Positions 23,050 to 33,635 of a stretch of 64,000 nucleotides of DNA are shown here, piece after piece. Location of the stretch: positions 377 to 64,376 of the forward strand of contig JBLILC010000003.1 in the NCBI GenBank assembly GCA_047635635.1. Direction: 5' to 3'. A model generated the notes under the pieces. It saw only the letters and a list, made by a program, of their open reading frames with translations, was not told the origin of the DNA and did no database searches. The DNA comes from Octadecabacter sp. GTDB lineage: Bacteria > Pseudomonadota > Alphaproteobacteria > Rhodobacterales > Rhodobacteraceae. Made by a program: the position numbers and the translations under genes. Position 1 is the first letter of the stretch, and each line of letters opens with the position of its first letter.

Positions 23050-23688
23050 TTATTTAGTTCCAAACATGCGATCACCCGCATCCCCTAATCCCGGAACAAT
23101 ATACCCGTTTTCATTCAAGTGACTATCGACCGCAGCTGTCACGATAGGCACATCTGGATGCTCGGCTTTCATTGCGGCGATACCTTCGGGTGAAGCTAGC
23201 AAACACAAGAAGCGGATGTTTTTAGCACCAGATTTTTTTAGCAAATCTATCGCAGCAATCGACGAATTTCCAGTCGCTAACATTGGGTCAACAGCAATGA
23301 CCATGCGCTCGTCCATCGCATCAGGCACCTTGAAATAGTACTGAACAGGCTGCAGCGTTTTTTCGTCACGGTACAGGCCCACAAAACCAACACGGGCCGA
23401 CGGGATTAACTCCAGCATACCGTCCAGCAACCCGTTACCAGCCCGCAGAATTGAAATCAGCGCTAGTTTTCGCCCCTGAAGCACAGGCGCTTCCATTGTC
23501 TCCATTGGAGTTTCAATAGTCTTAGTCATCATTGGCAATTCACGTGTTACCTCATATGCGAGCAGCTGCGAAATTTCGCGTAAAAGCTGGCGAAATACCG
23601 CAGTAGGCGTATTTCTATCGCGCATCAACGTCAATTTATGCTGCACCAACGGGTGCGTGACGTGGGTCAAGTGCGGCAATTTTGTCAT
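23050..23688 (-). CDS. upp: Uracil phosphoribosyltransferase
   Basis: [33 protein letters not shown]. Confidence 0.97.
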   Translation of the reverse strand: MTKLPHLTHVTHPLVQHKLTLMRDRNTPTAVFRQLLREISQLLAYEVTRELPMMTKTIETPMETMEAPVLQGRKLALISILRAGNGLLDGMLELIPSARVGFVGLYRDEKTLQPVQYYFKVPDAMDERMVIAVDPMLATGNSSIAAIDLLKKSGAKNIRFLCLLASPEGIAAMKAEHPDVPIVTAAVDSHLNENGYIVPGLGDAGDRMFGTK

Positions 23689-24671
23689 TGGTTTTCCAGT
23701 CGTTTGGCGATTTTCGCACGGGTGGTAGCATCACAGAAAGCGGCGTCAAGCGCGGTCTGATTGAGAGTATTAAAATCATCAGCTTCCCAGCCAAAGATAG
23801 CAGCAAGCGTGTTGAATTCATCAGTCATTGTGGTACTAAAAAAAGGTGGATCATCCGTTGATACTGTAACTTTTATCCCAGCATCGCGAAGTTTTTGAAT
23901 CGGGTGATCTGCCCAATTACCTGTGGCCTTCAAAAACACGTTAGAGCCGGGACAGACTTCAAACACTACATCAGACTCCGCAATCTGCGCCACCAATTTA
24001 GGATCATGAATGACATTCACACCGTGGCCGATGCGCTGCACCTTAAGATCCGTGATCGTGTCCGCAACCATGTCCGGCCCACCCCATTCTCCAGCGTGGC
24101 AGGTCAGAGGCATCCCAGCTTCACGTGCCATATCAAAGGCATAGGCATAATCTTTGGGGCGACCAACCATTTCTCCACCTGCCATACCAAATCCAGTGAT
24201 GAAATCACCAAAAGTTTCAGACGCACAAATTGCTGTAGGTTTTGCAGCGTCAGATCCAAAATGACGGATGCAGGTGACGATGCCTTTTAGGGTGATGCCA
24301 AACTCCACTTCTGCCTCAGCAGCCGCTGTTTCCATAGCGGCCAAATAATCGCGCCACGCCGCTAGATCACCTCCACCACAAAAATCGGGTGACAGAAATG
24401 TTTCTTGGTAAACGATCCCATGGGCAGCACTTTCTTGCAGAACTGCTTTTACTAATCGATAAAAATCTTGCGGGCCTTGCAGCGTTGTGCAAACAGCGTC
24501 GTATACTTGCAAAAAGTGGGCAAAATCACGATATGCGTAGGTGCCGTCTTTGTTGAACACACCGCTGATATCAATTGATTTCTCATTTGCTAAACCACGA
24601 ATGAAGCTCGGCGGGGCACAGCCCTCAAGATGGGTGTGCAACTCGACTTTCGGCATGGATTTATAGGTCAT
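23685..24671 (-). CDS. add: Adenosine deaminase
   Basis: [25 protein letters not shown]. Confidence 0.93.
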   Translation of the reverse strand: MTYKSMPKVELHTHLEGCAPPSFIRGLANEKSIDISGVFNKDGTYAYRDFAHFLQVYDAVCTTLQGPQDFYRLVKAVLQESAAHGIVYQETFLSPDFCGGGDLAAWRDYLAAMETAAAEAEVEFGITLKGIVTCIRHFGSDAAKPTAICASETFGDFITGFGMAGGEMVGRPKDYAYAFDMAREAGMPLTCHAGEWGGPDMVADTITDLKVQRIGHGVNVIHDPKLVAQIAESDVVFEVCPGSNVFLKATGNWADHPIQKLRDAGIKVTVSTDDPPFFSTTMTDEFNTLAAIFGWEADDFNTLNQTALDAAFCDATTRAKIAKRLENQ

Positions 24672-25900
24672 AGAAAATTCTTTCCTTGTCCGCGGGGCGC
24701 AACGCCCAAATACGCAGCAATTGTGGCTGCAACGTCGACAAACTCAACATGACCTAGATTGCGTGGGCCTTGTCTGTTAATGTCTGACCCGTGGATCAAA
24801 ACTGGCACCCTTTCACGGGTATGATCAGTGCCAATCCAGGTCGGATCATTGCCATGATCAGCCGTGACACACAACAGATCGCTAAGCCGCAATTTAGGTA
24901 ATAGTGCGCCCAACGCCGCGTCAAACCATTCGAGATGCCTAGCATAGCCTGAGACATCTCGACGGTGTCCGTAAAGACTGTCAAATTCGACGAAATTGGC
25001 AAAAACAAAACCTCCATTTGGCGCATCATCTATCAAGTCAGAGAGGTGATCCATCAGGGTCTTATCAGCACCTTTACGCACCTCATCAATGCCACGCATC
25101 GAAAAAATATCACCAACTTTGCCAATAGCTTGCACTGTTCGCCCGGCGTCGTGAATCCAGTCACAGAGCGTCGGTGACGGTGGAGGAATAGAATAGTCAT
25201 GGCGGTTCAACGTGCGTTCAAACACACCATCTTCGCCTTTAAATGGCCGCGCGATCACACGCCCCACTTTGAGTTTGTGCAGCATCGGAGCGAGATCTTC
25301 ACACAATTTTAAAAGCCGTTCCAAGCCAAATTCATCTTCATGAGCAGCAATTTGCAACACACTATCGGCAGATGTGTAACAAATCGGCCATCCAGATTGC
25401 ATGTGCTGCGTGCCAAAATCATCAATGACTTGCGTGCCGGAGGCGTGACAGTTGGCCAGGATACCTTCCGTACCGGCTAATTCGCAAATGCGCGCCGTGA
25501 TAACTTCGGAAAATGCAGGTGTGGTTTTTGAAAACGTGGTCCAATTCCACGGAACAGGCACCCCAGACAACTCCCAATGACCAGACGGTGTGTCTTTGCC
25601 TAGGCTGGTTTGTGTGGCGGCAGCGTAAGCCCCAGTCGGCGCAGGCCAGCCAATATCAAGGCCAGTTGAAATTTGCATCGAAGCACCAGCGCCTAAAGCA
25701 TTCAAGTTTGGGATTTTTAATGGACCTGTGCGTCCGTCTTCCGCCCTGCCCGCAGCGCAAGCCAGCGCGATATGACCCAGTGTATTAGCCCCAGTATCAG
25801 GCGTACCTCCGTTAAAAAAATCAGATGCGTCAGGCGCACCGCCAATACCAACACTATCTATTACAATTAAGAATACCCGATTTTCCGAGGTCTGTGTCAT
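24668..25900 (-). CDS. deoB: Phosphopentomutase
   Basis: VIDSVGIG, GKDTPSGHWE, YTSADSV, FDSLYGHRRD, TADHGNDP, DHTRE. Confidence 0.96.
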   Translation of the reverse strand: MTQTSENRVFLIVIDSVGIGGAPDASDFFNGGTPDTGANTLGHIALACAAGRAEDGRTGPLKIPNLNALGAGASMQISTGLDIGWPAPTGAYAAATQTSLGKDTPSGHWELSGVPVPWNWTTFSKTTPAFSEVITARICELAGTEGILANCHASGTQVIDDFGTQHMQSGWPICYTSADSVLQIAAHEDEFGLERLLKLCEDLAPMLHKLKVGRVIARPFKGEDGVFERTLNRHDYSIPPPSPTLCDWIHDAGRTVQAIGKVGDIFSMRGIDEVRKGADKTLMDHLSDLIDDAPNGGFVFANFVEFDSLYGHRRDVSGYARHLEWFDAALGALLPKLRLSDLLCVTADHGNDPTWIGTDHTRERVPVLIHGSDINRQGPRNLGHVEFVDVAATIAAYLGVAPRGQGKNFL

Positions 25901-27201
25901 GGGGCGATCCGTTCTAAGATAAGGTCAGGAATTTCAATAGCTGCGCCAATGGTCACCGCGCGCAGTACCGTATGGGTTGCGGCTTGTGCACTGTCTTCAT
26001 CAGCGGCATGAATGGTTGCAATCGGGTCACCGCGTACAACCTTGGTTCCTAGCGTTAAAACACCTGTCAGGCCAACGCGTGAATCAATCCGATCACTTTC
26101 GACCTGCCGCCCACCACCCAACTGCACCACCGTCAAGCCAAGTAATTCACCGTCAATTGCTGCTATTGTTCCGGAATAAGGCGCAAGAACGTCGCCAATC
26201 ACCGGGGCTTTGGGCAGGTGCTTGTGCCAACTCTCAGCAATGTCAGATGGTCCACCCATGGCCCGAACCATAGCAGCAAAACAATCCATGGCGTGACCTG
26301 ACGAAATGGCAGCCTTAACGCGCTCTTCGGCTTCGCCTTCAGCGTGCCCTGCAAGTGCAAGAACGCGGGCGCACAAAGCGACAGTCAAGTCGAGCAAGCG
26401 TGGTGCTGCAGCACGGTTTCCTGACAAAATCTCAAGACATACGGCAACTTCGACGCCATTGCCAAGGCTCGGCGCCAGGGGTTGCGACATGTCAGTGATG
26501 AATGCGGCTGTCGAAGTGCCCGAGCCGTTAGCCGTGGACGTCAATGCACGGGCCAATTTTATAGCCTCGGCTGGAGTTTTCATAAACGCGCCACTACCTG
26601 ATTTGACGTCAAGCACCAAACCATCAAGACCTGCAGCAAGTTTTTTGGACAAGATCGAGGCGCAAATCAAATCAACACTTTCGACCGTGGCTGTAACGTC
26701 TCGGATTGCGTACAAACGTTTATCTGCGGGCGCAATGGAACTGGTAGAACTAACGATCGCACAACCAATATCGCGAGTAATCTTGCGGAACTTAGTAGTA
26801 TTTTGCTCTGTACTGAGCCCCGGGATTGCCTCAAGTTTATCAAGGGTTCCACCCGTATGCCCAAGCCCACGGCCCGACACCATCGGCACAAACACGTCGC
26901 ACGCAGCAAGTGCAGGGGCGAGGATCAGGGACACTGGATCACCAACACCGCCTGTAGAATGTTTGTCCAGAACGGGACCCGGTAGATCCCATTTCATGAC
27001 ATCACCACTGTCGCGCATGCCCTTGGTCAAAGACACGCGCCCCTCATCACTTAGTCCGTTCAGACAAACTGCCATAGCAAAAGCTCCCGCTTGTGCGTCT
27101 GACACCAAGCGTGTCGCCAAGCCACTACTAAACCAAGTTAATTCAGTAGCAGTGGGGTTTTCACCACGTCGTACCTTGGCAATAATGGCTCGCGCATCCA
27201 T
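25897..27201 (-). CDS. deoA: Thymidine/pyrimidine-nucleoside phosphorylase
   Basis: DKHSTGGVGD, SGRGLGHTGGTLDKLE, SILSKKLA. Confidence 0.95.
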   Translation of the reverse strand: MDARAIIAKVRRGENPTATELTWFSSGLATRLVSDAQAGAFAMAVCLNGLSDEGRVSLTKGMRDSGDVMKWDLPGPVLDKHSTGGVGDPVSLILAPALAACDVFVPMVSGRGLGHTGGTLDKLEAIPGLSTEQNTTKFRKITRDIGCAIVSSTSSIAPADKRLYAIRDVTATVESVDLICASILSKKLAAGLDGLVLDVKSGSGAFMKTPAEAIKLARALTSTANGSGTSTAAFITDMSQPLAPSLGNGVEVAVCLEILSGNRAAAPRLLDLTVALCARVLALAGHAEGEAEERVKAAISSGHAMDCFAAMVRAMGGPSDIAESWHKHLPKAPVIGDVLAPYSGTIAAIDGELLGLTVVQLGGGRQVESDRIDSRVGLTGVLTLGTKVVRGDPIATIHAADEDSAQAATHTVLRAVTIGAAIEIPDLILERIAP

Positions 27202-27204
27202 GAA

Positions 27205-27597
27205 CTATATTTTCGCCATATGATCAGCGGTAAATCGACCCGGTAGCAACTCTGCCATGGTCATTTGTAATATAATTCCATCCATAGTGGACATAGTTAC
27301 GACTACGTCGGGTCCTGCAAATTCGGCAATCTTCTGGCGGCATCCACCACAAGGCGGCACAGGGGCTGGTGCATCAGCGATCACAGCGATTTCCACGATT
27401 TCCCGTTCACCAGCGGCACACATCGCAGCGATTGCCCCTGCTTCAGCGCAGGTGCCTTCTGGATAAGCCACATTTTCTACATTTATACCTTTAAAAATCG
27501 TCCCTTTTGTGGTTTTCAACGCAGCCCCAACCGCAAATTTTGAATAAGGCGCATAAGCATTTTCGCGCACAGCGCGGGCTTCACTAATCAGTGACAT
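27205..27597 (-). CDS. cdd: Cytidine deaminase
   Basis: AYAPYSKF, NVEN, CAE, PCGGCRQ. Confidence 0.96.
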   Translation of the reverse strand: MSLISEARAVRENAYAPYSKFAVGAALKTTKGTIFKGINVENVAYPEGTCAEAGAIAAMCAAGEREIVEIAVIADAPAPVPPCGGCRQKIAEFAGPDVVVTMSTMDGIILQMTMAELLPGRFTADHMAKI

Positions 27598-27642
27598 GAC
27601 AAATCCTTTTTTTTAGTAGATTGGGCCGTGGTTCACATAAGT

Positions 27643-28776
27643 TCAAGCCAAGCTGGTCTTAAACGTTCCAGCCAGTGTCACTTCGAGCAATTCAAGATCA
27701 TCAGTTGGCTCAGAGTAGCGCGTAGCCATTCCAGGCGGAATAACGAAAGCATCGCCCACGGCTAGGCTTTGTGGGTCATTGCCCTCCCCCTCGAGCGTCA
27801 TCGCACCTTCCATCACAAAGGTGAAATGAATATCAGCGTCGTGTATGGCCCATTGCGTGTCACCAGTTGCACGCCGCACAACCTGCACTCCAGCTACTGA
27901 TTTGGTAGCATCATTGATAGTTGTATCACGGGCAACGAAACCTTGCAGTCGGAACGGCGCCCACGACGCATCCCTCCCCACGTTGTGCACAAATTTTTGC
28001 CCCTGCCATTCACGCTCGGGTCGTAAATCAGGCGTCGGCAAGGTCATTTCATGTTCAATTTCAGTGACATGTTCAGCGGGCACACCAATCTCTATTACTT
28101 CAATTCCGCTTGACGCTTCTAGTACGCGGTGGCGAATTTCAGGTGGCTGGATAAAACAATCACCCGCACGCAGACGGATTGGACCACCTTGATCTTCGTA
28201 TAAAACATCGACCCATCCGCGATAACAATAGATCAACTGAAATCCGACTTTGTGAAAGTGCACCATGTCAGGCACGGGGCCGCCATCGGGGATACGAATG
28301 TGGCTGGCAATGATTGATCCACCAAGGCGATTGGGGATCAGATCCCGGTAATGCATTCCTGCACGTCCAATTACCCACGGTGCCTGATCGGCCAATCGGC
28401 GTACAACAAAGGCGTGGTCAGTGACGGGCATGTGTAAGGGGGGAGTTAGTGCGTCAATTTCAACCGTCGTTCCCCCCGGTGATGTAAACTGTTGGGCATC
28501 CGCGAAACCCACATCATCAGTCAAAATACGTAAATGTCCAGCATCACCGATTTGGTTTTGGTCCAGCCTAACCCGCAAACCATGCCCTGAAAATACAACC
28601 ACAGTTGGGTCATCAGCGGGATAAATCGAGTCCATCCGCATACGCAACGTTTTAGTAAAAAACCCAATATCAGCTGTAAGAGCGGTGCTGGGCAGGCATA
28701 CTTCTGCAAAGATTTTTACTAGCTTTTTCATATTGCCAATCTGGGTGTCAGTTTTCAAATTTGTAAGAGAGTGCAT
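27643..28776 (-). CDS. Cupin domain protein (N-terminal VOC/glyoxalase-like region plus two cupin domains)
   Basis: HFH...FQLIYC..GWV and GDCFIQPPEIRH; HDADIHFTFV..GDAFVIPPG; AAGGA RBS before ATG 28776. Confidence 0.85.
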   Translation of the reverse strand: MHSLTNLKTDTQIGNMKKLVKIFAEVCLPSTALTADIGFFTKTLRMRMDSIYPADDPTVVVFSGHGLRVRLDQNQIGDAGHLRILTDDVGFADAQQFTSPGGTTVEIDALTPPLHMPVTDHAFVVRRLADQAPWVIGRAGMHYRDLIPNRLGGSIIASHIRIPDGGPVPDMVHFHKVGFQLIYCYRGWVDVLYEDQGGPIRLRAGDCFIQPPEIRHRVLEASSGIEVIEIGVPAEHVTEIEHEMTLPTPDLRPEREWQGQKFVHNVGRDASWAPFRLQGFVARDTTINDATKSVAGVQVVRRATGDTQWAIHDADIHFTFVMEGAMTLEGEGNDPQSLAVGDAFVIPPGMATRYSEPTDDLELLEVTLAGTFKTSLA

Positions 28777-28819
28777 CTTATCCTTATAGCTGACATAGCG
28801 CTTCCCTAACGACAGATAA

Positions 28820-28839
28820 ATAGTTTAATATTAAACTAT
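28820..28839. promoter_or_regulatory. Perfect 20-bp palindrome, candidate operator
   Basis: ATAGTTTAATATTAAACTAT is its own reverse complement; lies in the divergent cupin/deo-maeB promoter region. Confidence 0.6.
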
Positions 28840-28884
28840 ATTTAATATGCTCTAGATTTGACCTTTTGATAGACTGGTGACCCA

Positions 28885-31197
28885 ATGTCAGACACGCCCC
28901 CCAAGACCCTGATCGAAGCGTCCACAATTGACGCGCAGAAAAAAGAAACTTTGCGGCAGGCAGCATTGGATTACCACCGCCACCCCAAACCGGGCAAGCT
29001 GGAGATCCGCGCAACTAAGCCGATGGCGAACGGACGCGATTTGGCGCGGGCTTATTCACCTGGCGTCGCAGAAGCGTGCCTTGAAATTAAGAACAACCCA
29101 GCCACAGCGCACGACTATACCGCACGGGGCAATCTGGTTGCGGTTGTGACCAATGGCTCTGCTGTTCTTGGGCTTGGGAATATCGGCGCACTAGCGTCAA
29201 AACCGGTAATGGAAGGCAAGGCAGTTCTATTCAAAAAATTCGCCAACATTGACTGTTTTGATATTGAGCTGAACGAATCTGACCCCAGAAAGCTAGCCGA
29301 TATTGTTTGTGCGCTAGAACCGACATTCGGCGCGATCAACCTTGAAGACATCAAAGCACCTGAATGTTTTATAGTTGAAAAAATCTGCCGTGAACGGATG
29401 AATATTCCTGTTTTTCATGACGATCAGCACGGCACTGCTATTGTTGTTGGTGCTGCTGCGACCAACGCGATGGCGATCTCTGGAAAAAAATTCGAAGATA
29501 TCAAAATTGTCAGCACTGGCGGTGGGGCTGCTGGAATCGCATGCTTGAATATGTTGCTAAAACTTGGTGTGAAACGTGAAAATGTCTGGCTGTGTGACAT
29601 CGAAGGTCTGGTCTATGAAGGCCGCGAGAAGGATATAACACCACAAAAAGCCGAATTCGCCCAAGGCAAAACAGCCGCTACACTAGGCGATGTGATCGAC
29701 GGAGCCGACATGTTCCTCGGGCTGTCAGGTCCTGGCGTGTTGAAGCCAGACATGGTTGGGCGGATGGCAAAGGCGCCAATTATTTTTGCACTAGCAAACC
29801 CGAATCCAGAAATCTCACCCGAAGATGCACGTGCCGTTGCACCTGATGCCATCATGGCGACGGGACGCAGCGATTTTCCAAACCAAGTGAACAATGTGCT
29901 GTGTTTTCCGTTCATCTTTCGAGGCGCACTGGACGTTGGCGCAACTGAAATTAATGACGCTATGAAGATAGGCTGTGTCCAAGGTATCGCAGCCTTGGCC
30001 CGCGCTACCACATCCGCCGAAGCGGCCGCCGCCTATCAGGGCGAACAGATGACATTTGGCGTCGACTACCTGATCCCCAAGCCATTCGATCCACGTTTGA
30101 TGGGTGTCGTGGCATCAGCCGTTGCCAAGGCCGCTATGGAAACCGGTGTCGCGACTAAACAGGTCGATCTGCCATCCTATAAAGCCAGTTTGGACGCATC
30201 AGTGTTCAAGTCCGCCATGTTGATGCGCCCCGTATTCGAAGCAGCTGCAAAAGTTATCCGCCGGATCGTGTTCACAGAAGGTGAAGACGAACGCGTGTTG
30301 CGGGCAGCCCAAGCTGTGATTGAAGAAACCACAGAGACTCCAATATTGATAGGCCGCCCTGACGTGATTGCACGGCGGGCTGAACGCGCTGGTCTTGATA
30401 TCGACCTGAACAACCTCGACATCGTAAACCCAGAAAATGACCCACGGTATCGAGATTATTGGGAAACATATCACTCACTAATGGCACGACATGGCGTAAC
30501 ACCTGATTTAGCGAAGGCAGTTATGCGCACCAACACCACCGCCATTGGTGCCGTTATGGTGCAGCGCGGCGAGGCTGACAGCATGATCTGCGGCACCTTT
30601 GGGCAATTCCGCTGGCACCTAAATTACATAGAGGAAATTTTGGGCAAGAACCACAAAGTTCAAGGTGCACTTAGCATGATGATACTCGAAGATGGGCCAT
30701 TGTTCATCGCTGATACGCATGTGCGATCCGAACCCACACCAGCACAGATTGCACAGTCCGCAATTGGTGCTGCGCGGCATGTGAAACGCTTTGGCTTAGA
30801 GCCAAATGTCGCGTTTTGTGCCCAGTCACAATTTGGTAATCTGGACTGCGACACTGGCAACAGAATGCGTGCAGCGATGTCCATTCTGGACGCACAACAG
30901 GTCGATTTTACTTATGAAGGAGAAATGAACGTCGATGCCGCACTTGATCCAGAATTGCGCGAACGCTTGTTGCCGTGTGGGCGGATGAAAGGTGCAGCTA
31001 ACGTACTGATCTTTGGTCATGCTGACGCCGCCAGCGGTGTTCGCAATATTCTTAAGATGAAAGCAGGCGGACTTGAAGTTGGCCCAATCCTGATGGGCAT
31101 GGGAAATCGCGCCCATATCGTCACGCCATCCATCACACCACGCGGTTTGCTGAACATGGCGGCAATCGCTGGCACCCCGGTAAAGGATTATGGTTAA
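28885..31197 (+). CDS. maeB: NADP-dependent malic enzyme with phosphotransacetylase-like domain
   Basis: [34 protein letters not shown]-terminal PTA-like EGED domain. Confidence 0.96.
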   Translation: MSDTPPKTLIEASTIDAQKKETLRQAALDYHRHPKPGKLEIRATKPMANGRDLARAYSPGVAEACLEIKNNPATAHDYTARGNLVAVVTNGSAVLGLGNIGALASKPVMEGKAVLFKKFANIDCFDIELNESDPRKLADIVCALEPTFGAINLEDIKAPECFIVEKICRERMNIPVFHDDQHGTAIVVGAAATNAMAISGKKFEDIKIVSTGGGAAGIACLNMLLKLGVKRENVWLCDIEGLVYEGREKDITPQKAEFAQGKTAATLGDVIDGADMFLGLSGPGVLKPDMVGRMAKAPIIFALANPNPEISPEDARAVAPDAIMATGRSDFPNQVNNVLCFPFIFRGALDVGATEINDAMKIGCVQGIAALARATTSAEAAAAYQGEQMTFGVDYLIPKPFDPRLMGVVASAVAKAAMETGVATKQVDLPSYKASLDASVFKSAMLMRPVFEAAAKVIRRIVFTEGEDERVLRAAQAVIEETTETPILIGRPDVIARRAERAGLDIDLNNLDIVNPENDPRYRDYWETYHSLMARHGVTPDLAKAVMRTNTTAIGAVMVQRGEADSMICGTFGQFRWHLNYIEEILGKNHKVQGALSMMILEDGPLFIADTHVRSEPTPAQIAQSAIGAARHVKRFGLEPNVAFCAQSQFGNLDCDTGNRMRAAMSILDAQQVDFTYEGEMNVDAALDPELRERLLPCGRMKGAANVLIFGHADAASGVRNILKMKAGGLEVGPILMGMGNRAHIVTPSITPRGLLNMAAIAGTPVKDYG

Positions 31198-31211
31198 ACA
31201 GACCCTAAAAA

Positions 31212-31240
31212 GGGGGGAGTTGCAGTTCTCCCCAATTTTC
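31212..31240 (+). terminator. Possible terminator after maeB
   Basis: GGGGAG-TTGCAGTT-CTCCCC stem followed by AATTTT. Confidence 0.4.
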
Positions 31241-31564
31241 AAACTATCAAAGGTCTTTTAATTTCGCGATGGTGTCTACTATTTACCCACAGGCTATGGT
31301 GGTGCAGATCTTACAACGGCTTGTAACAGTTTTGCTTTATTTTGTTTATTTATTTTGCTGTGTTTACTCATAATTTTAAGTCAGAGACGGAATAAGCTCA
31401 TCCAGTATTATAAAGCTGATACTCACCAGAGTGTTTTATACAAATATTTTAAAGATTTACCATTAACCTAGACGTGTCTTTAGGCTCCCCATACTCAGTG
31501 ATAAGCTGTTACCTACGTGGAGACGATCTGATGATCGGTAACGCTTGTAAAACATCTCAGATGG

Positions 31565-31663
31565 TTTGCAGATTTGCAGACTTACGCTTTAGGCTTAGCT
31601 AATCAGAGCATTAATCAACAGCTTTGCAAATATTTGCAACAAGATCGTATATCATTCTGCAAA
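31565..31663. promoter_or_regulatory. Cluster of TTTGCARA boxes (PccR/ScfR-type operator candidates)
   Basis: TTTGCAGA x2 (31565-31580), TTTGCAAA-TA-TTTGCAAC (31623-31640) and TCTGCAAA (31656-31663), upstream of prpE. Confidence 0.5.
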
Positions 31664-31741
31664 GTCGTCACTGGACGGGCAAACAGCCTTGCCCACTACG
31701 CCCTACAGGGCCTATCCCTAGGTCAACACAGGGAGAATACC

Positions 31742-33634
31742 ATGGCATACCGCGAAATATATAAAAATTGGCAGGACGATCCAGAAGGTTTCTGGATGAA
31801 AGCAGCCAATGCGATTGACTGGGACACCTCACCGACTAAAGCCCTTTTTGACGATAAGGCACCACTCTATGAATGGTATCGCGATGCCCGAGTAAACACC
31901 TGCTTTAACGCCCTTGACCGCCATGTTAAGGCCGGTCGCGGCGATCAAGTTGCTATCATTTACGACAGCCCAATGACTAATACGATCAGCAAGATCAGCT
32001 ACACCGAACTACTGACACGTGTCGCCTCCCTTGCGGGTGCATTGAAGGCCAAAGGCATCACAAAAGGTGACCGCGTAATTATCTACATGCCAATGATTCC
32101 CCAGGCCCTTGAAGCAATGCTGGCCTGCGCGCGGCTTGGCGCGATTCATTCGGTTGTGTTTGGCGGATTTGCCGCCAACGAACTGGCAGTGCGGATTAAC
32201 GATGCCACCCCCAAGGCCATCATTGCAGCGTCTTGCGGGTTGGAACCGGGTCGCGTGATCCATTACAAACCACTGCTGGACGGTGCAATCAATCTTGCTA
32301 CACATAAACCTGAATTATGTGTGGTTTATCAACGTGAACAACAGGTTGCTGCGCTGACCGAAGGCCGTGACGTCGATTGGCACGACTTTCAGGTCGGCAT
32401 CGATCCAGCCGGTTGCGTTATGGTTGAGGGCATGCATCCTGCCTATATTCTCTATACTTCCGGTACCACAGGCGCACCAAAGGGCGTTGTGCGACCTACT
32501 GCTGGCCATCTTGTGGCCCTGCACTGGACAATGAAAAATATATATAATGTCAACCCGGGCGATGTGTTCTGGGCAGCATCAGATGTCGGATGGGTCGTGG
32601 GCCACAGCTACATTTGTTATGGGCCACTGATCCATGGCAACACCACCGTTGTGTTTGAAGGAAAACCTGTTGGCACGCCAGACGCAGGTACCTTCTGGAG
32701 AGTTATTGAACAACATAAGGTTAAATCCTTCTTCACCGCGCCAACGGCCTTTCGTGCCGTAAAACGCGAAGACCCAAAAGGCGAATTGATCAAGGACTAC
32801 GATCTGTCAAATCTAGATCAAATCTACCTCGCAGGCGAACGAGCAGATCCCGACACGATTGAATGGATGCAAGATAAGCTGGGCAAACCAATTTATGATC
32901 ACTGGTGGCAGACAGAAACTGGCTACACAATCGCAGGTAACCCTGTTGGTATCGAACCGATGCCAGTGAAACTAGGCTCACCAACAGTAGCGATGCCAGG
33001 GTATAATGTGCAAATCCTTGATGTTGACGGACACCAAATGCCGGTGGGTGAACTTGGCGCAATTGCAATTAAACTGCCTCTGCCGCCAGGAACATTGCCA
33101 ACGCTTTGGAATGCTGAAGACCGGTTCTTAAAAAGCTACATGCGAACCTTTCCCGGATATTATGAAACTGGTGATGCAGGTATGATTGATGAAGACGGCT
33201 ATCTTTATATAATGGCCCGTACGGATGACGTGATTAACGTGGCGGGTCATAGGCTTTCAACGGGAGGTATGGAAGAAGTCCTTGCAGCGCATCCGGACGT
33301 GGCAGAGTGCGCAGTAATTGGCGTTACGGATCAATTGAAGGGCCAATTGCCTGTTGGGTTTGTCTGCTTAAATAAAGGTACTGAAACTTCACATGAAGAC
33401 GTCGTCCGCGGTTGCGTCAAGTTGGTGCGCAACAAGATTGGTCCTGTTGCTGCGTTTAAACTTTGCATCGTGGTAGATCGTCTACCAAAAACAAGGTCTG
33501 GTAAAATTCTGCGAGCCACAATGGTGAAAATTGCGGACGGTGCAGACTTTAAAATGCCTGCGACCATTGATGACCCAGACATCTTGGATGAAATTCGCCA
33601 AGCCTTAAAGCCACTTGGGTATGCTGGTGGCTAA
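31742..33634 (+). CDS. prpE: Propionyl-CoA synthetase
   Basis: YTSGTTGAPKG, WWQTETG, PKTRSGKILR; GGGAG RBS before ATG 31742. Confidence 0.92.
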   Translation: MAYREIYKNWQDDPEGFWMKAANAIDWDTSPTKALFDDKAPLYEWYRDARVNTCFNALDRHVKAGRGDQVAIIYDSPMTNTISKISYTELLTRVASLAGALKAKGITKGDRVIIYMPMIPQALEAMLACARLGAIHSVVFGGFAANELAVRINDATPKAIIAASCGLEPGRVIHYKPLLDGAINLATHKPELCVVYQREQQVAALTEGRDVDWHDFQVGIDPAGCVMVEGMHPAYILYTSGTTGAPKGVVRPTAGHLVALHWTMKNIYNVNPGDVFWAASDVGWVVGHSYICYGPLIHGNTTVVFEGKPVGTPDAGTFWRVIEQHKVKSFFTAPTAFRAVKREDPKGELIKDYDLSNLDQIYLAGERADPDTIEWMQDKLGKPIYDHWWQTETGYTIAGNPVGIEPMPVKLGSPTVAMPGYNVQILDVDGHQMPVGELGAIAIKLPLPPGTLPTLWNAEDRFLKSYMRTFPGYYETGDAGMIDEDGYLYIMARTDDVINVAGHRLSTGGMEEVLAAHPDVAECAVIGVTDQLKGQLPVGFVCLNKGTETSHEDVVRGCVKLVRNKIGPVAAFKLCIVVDRLPKTRSGKILRATMVKIADGADFKMPATIDDPDILDEIRQALKPLGYAGG

Positions 33635-33635
33635 T

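Noticed and set aside
26306-27223. 305-aa plus-strand ORF
   Set aside because: Antisense shadow of deoA; no independent motifs
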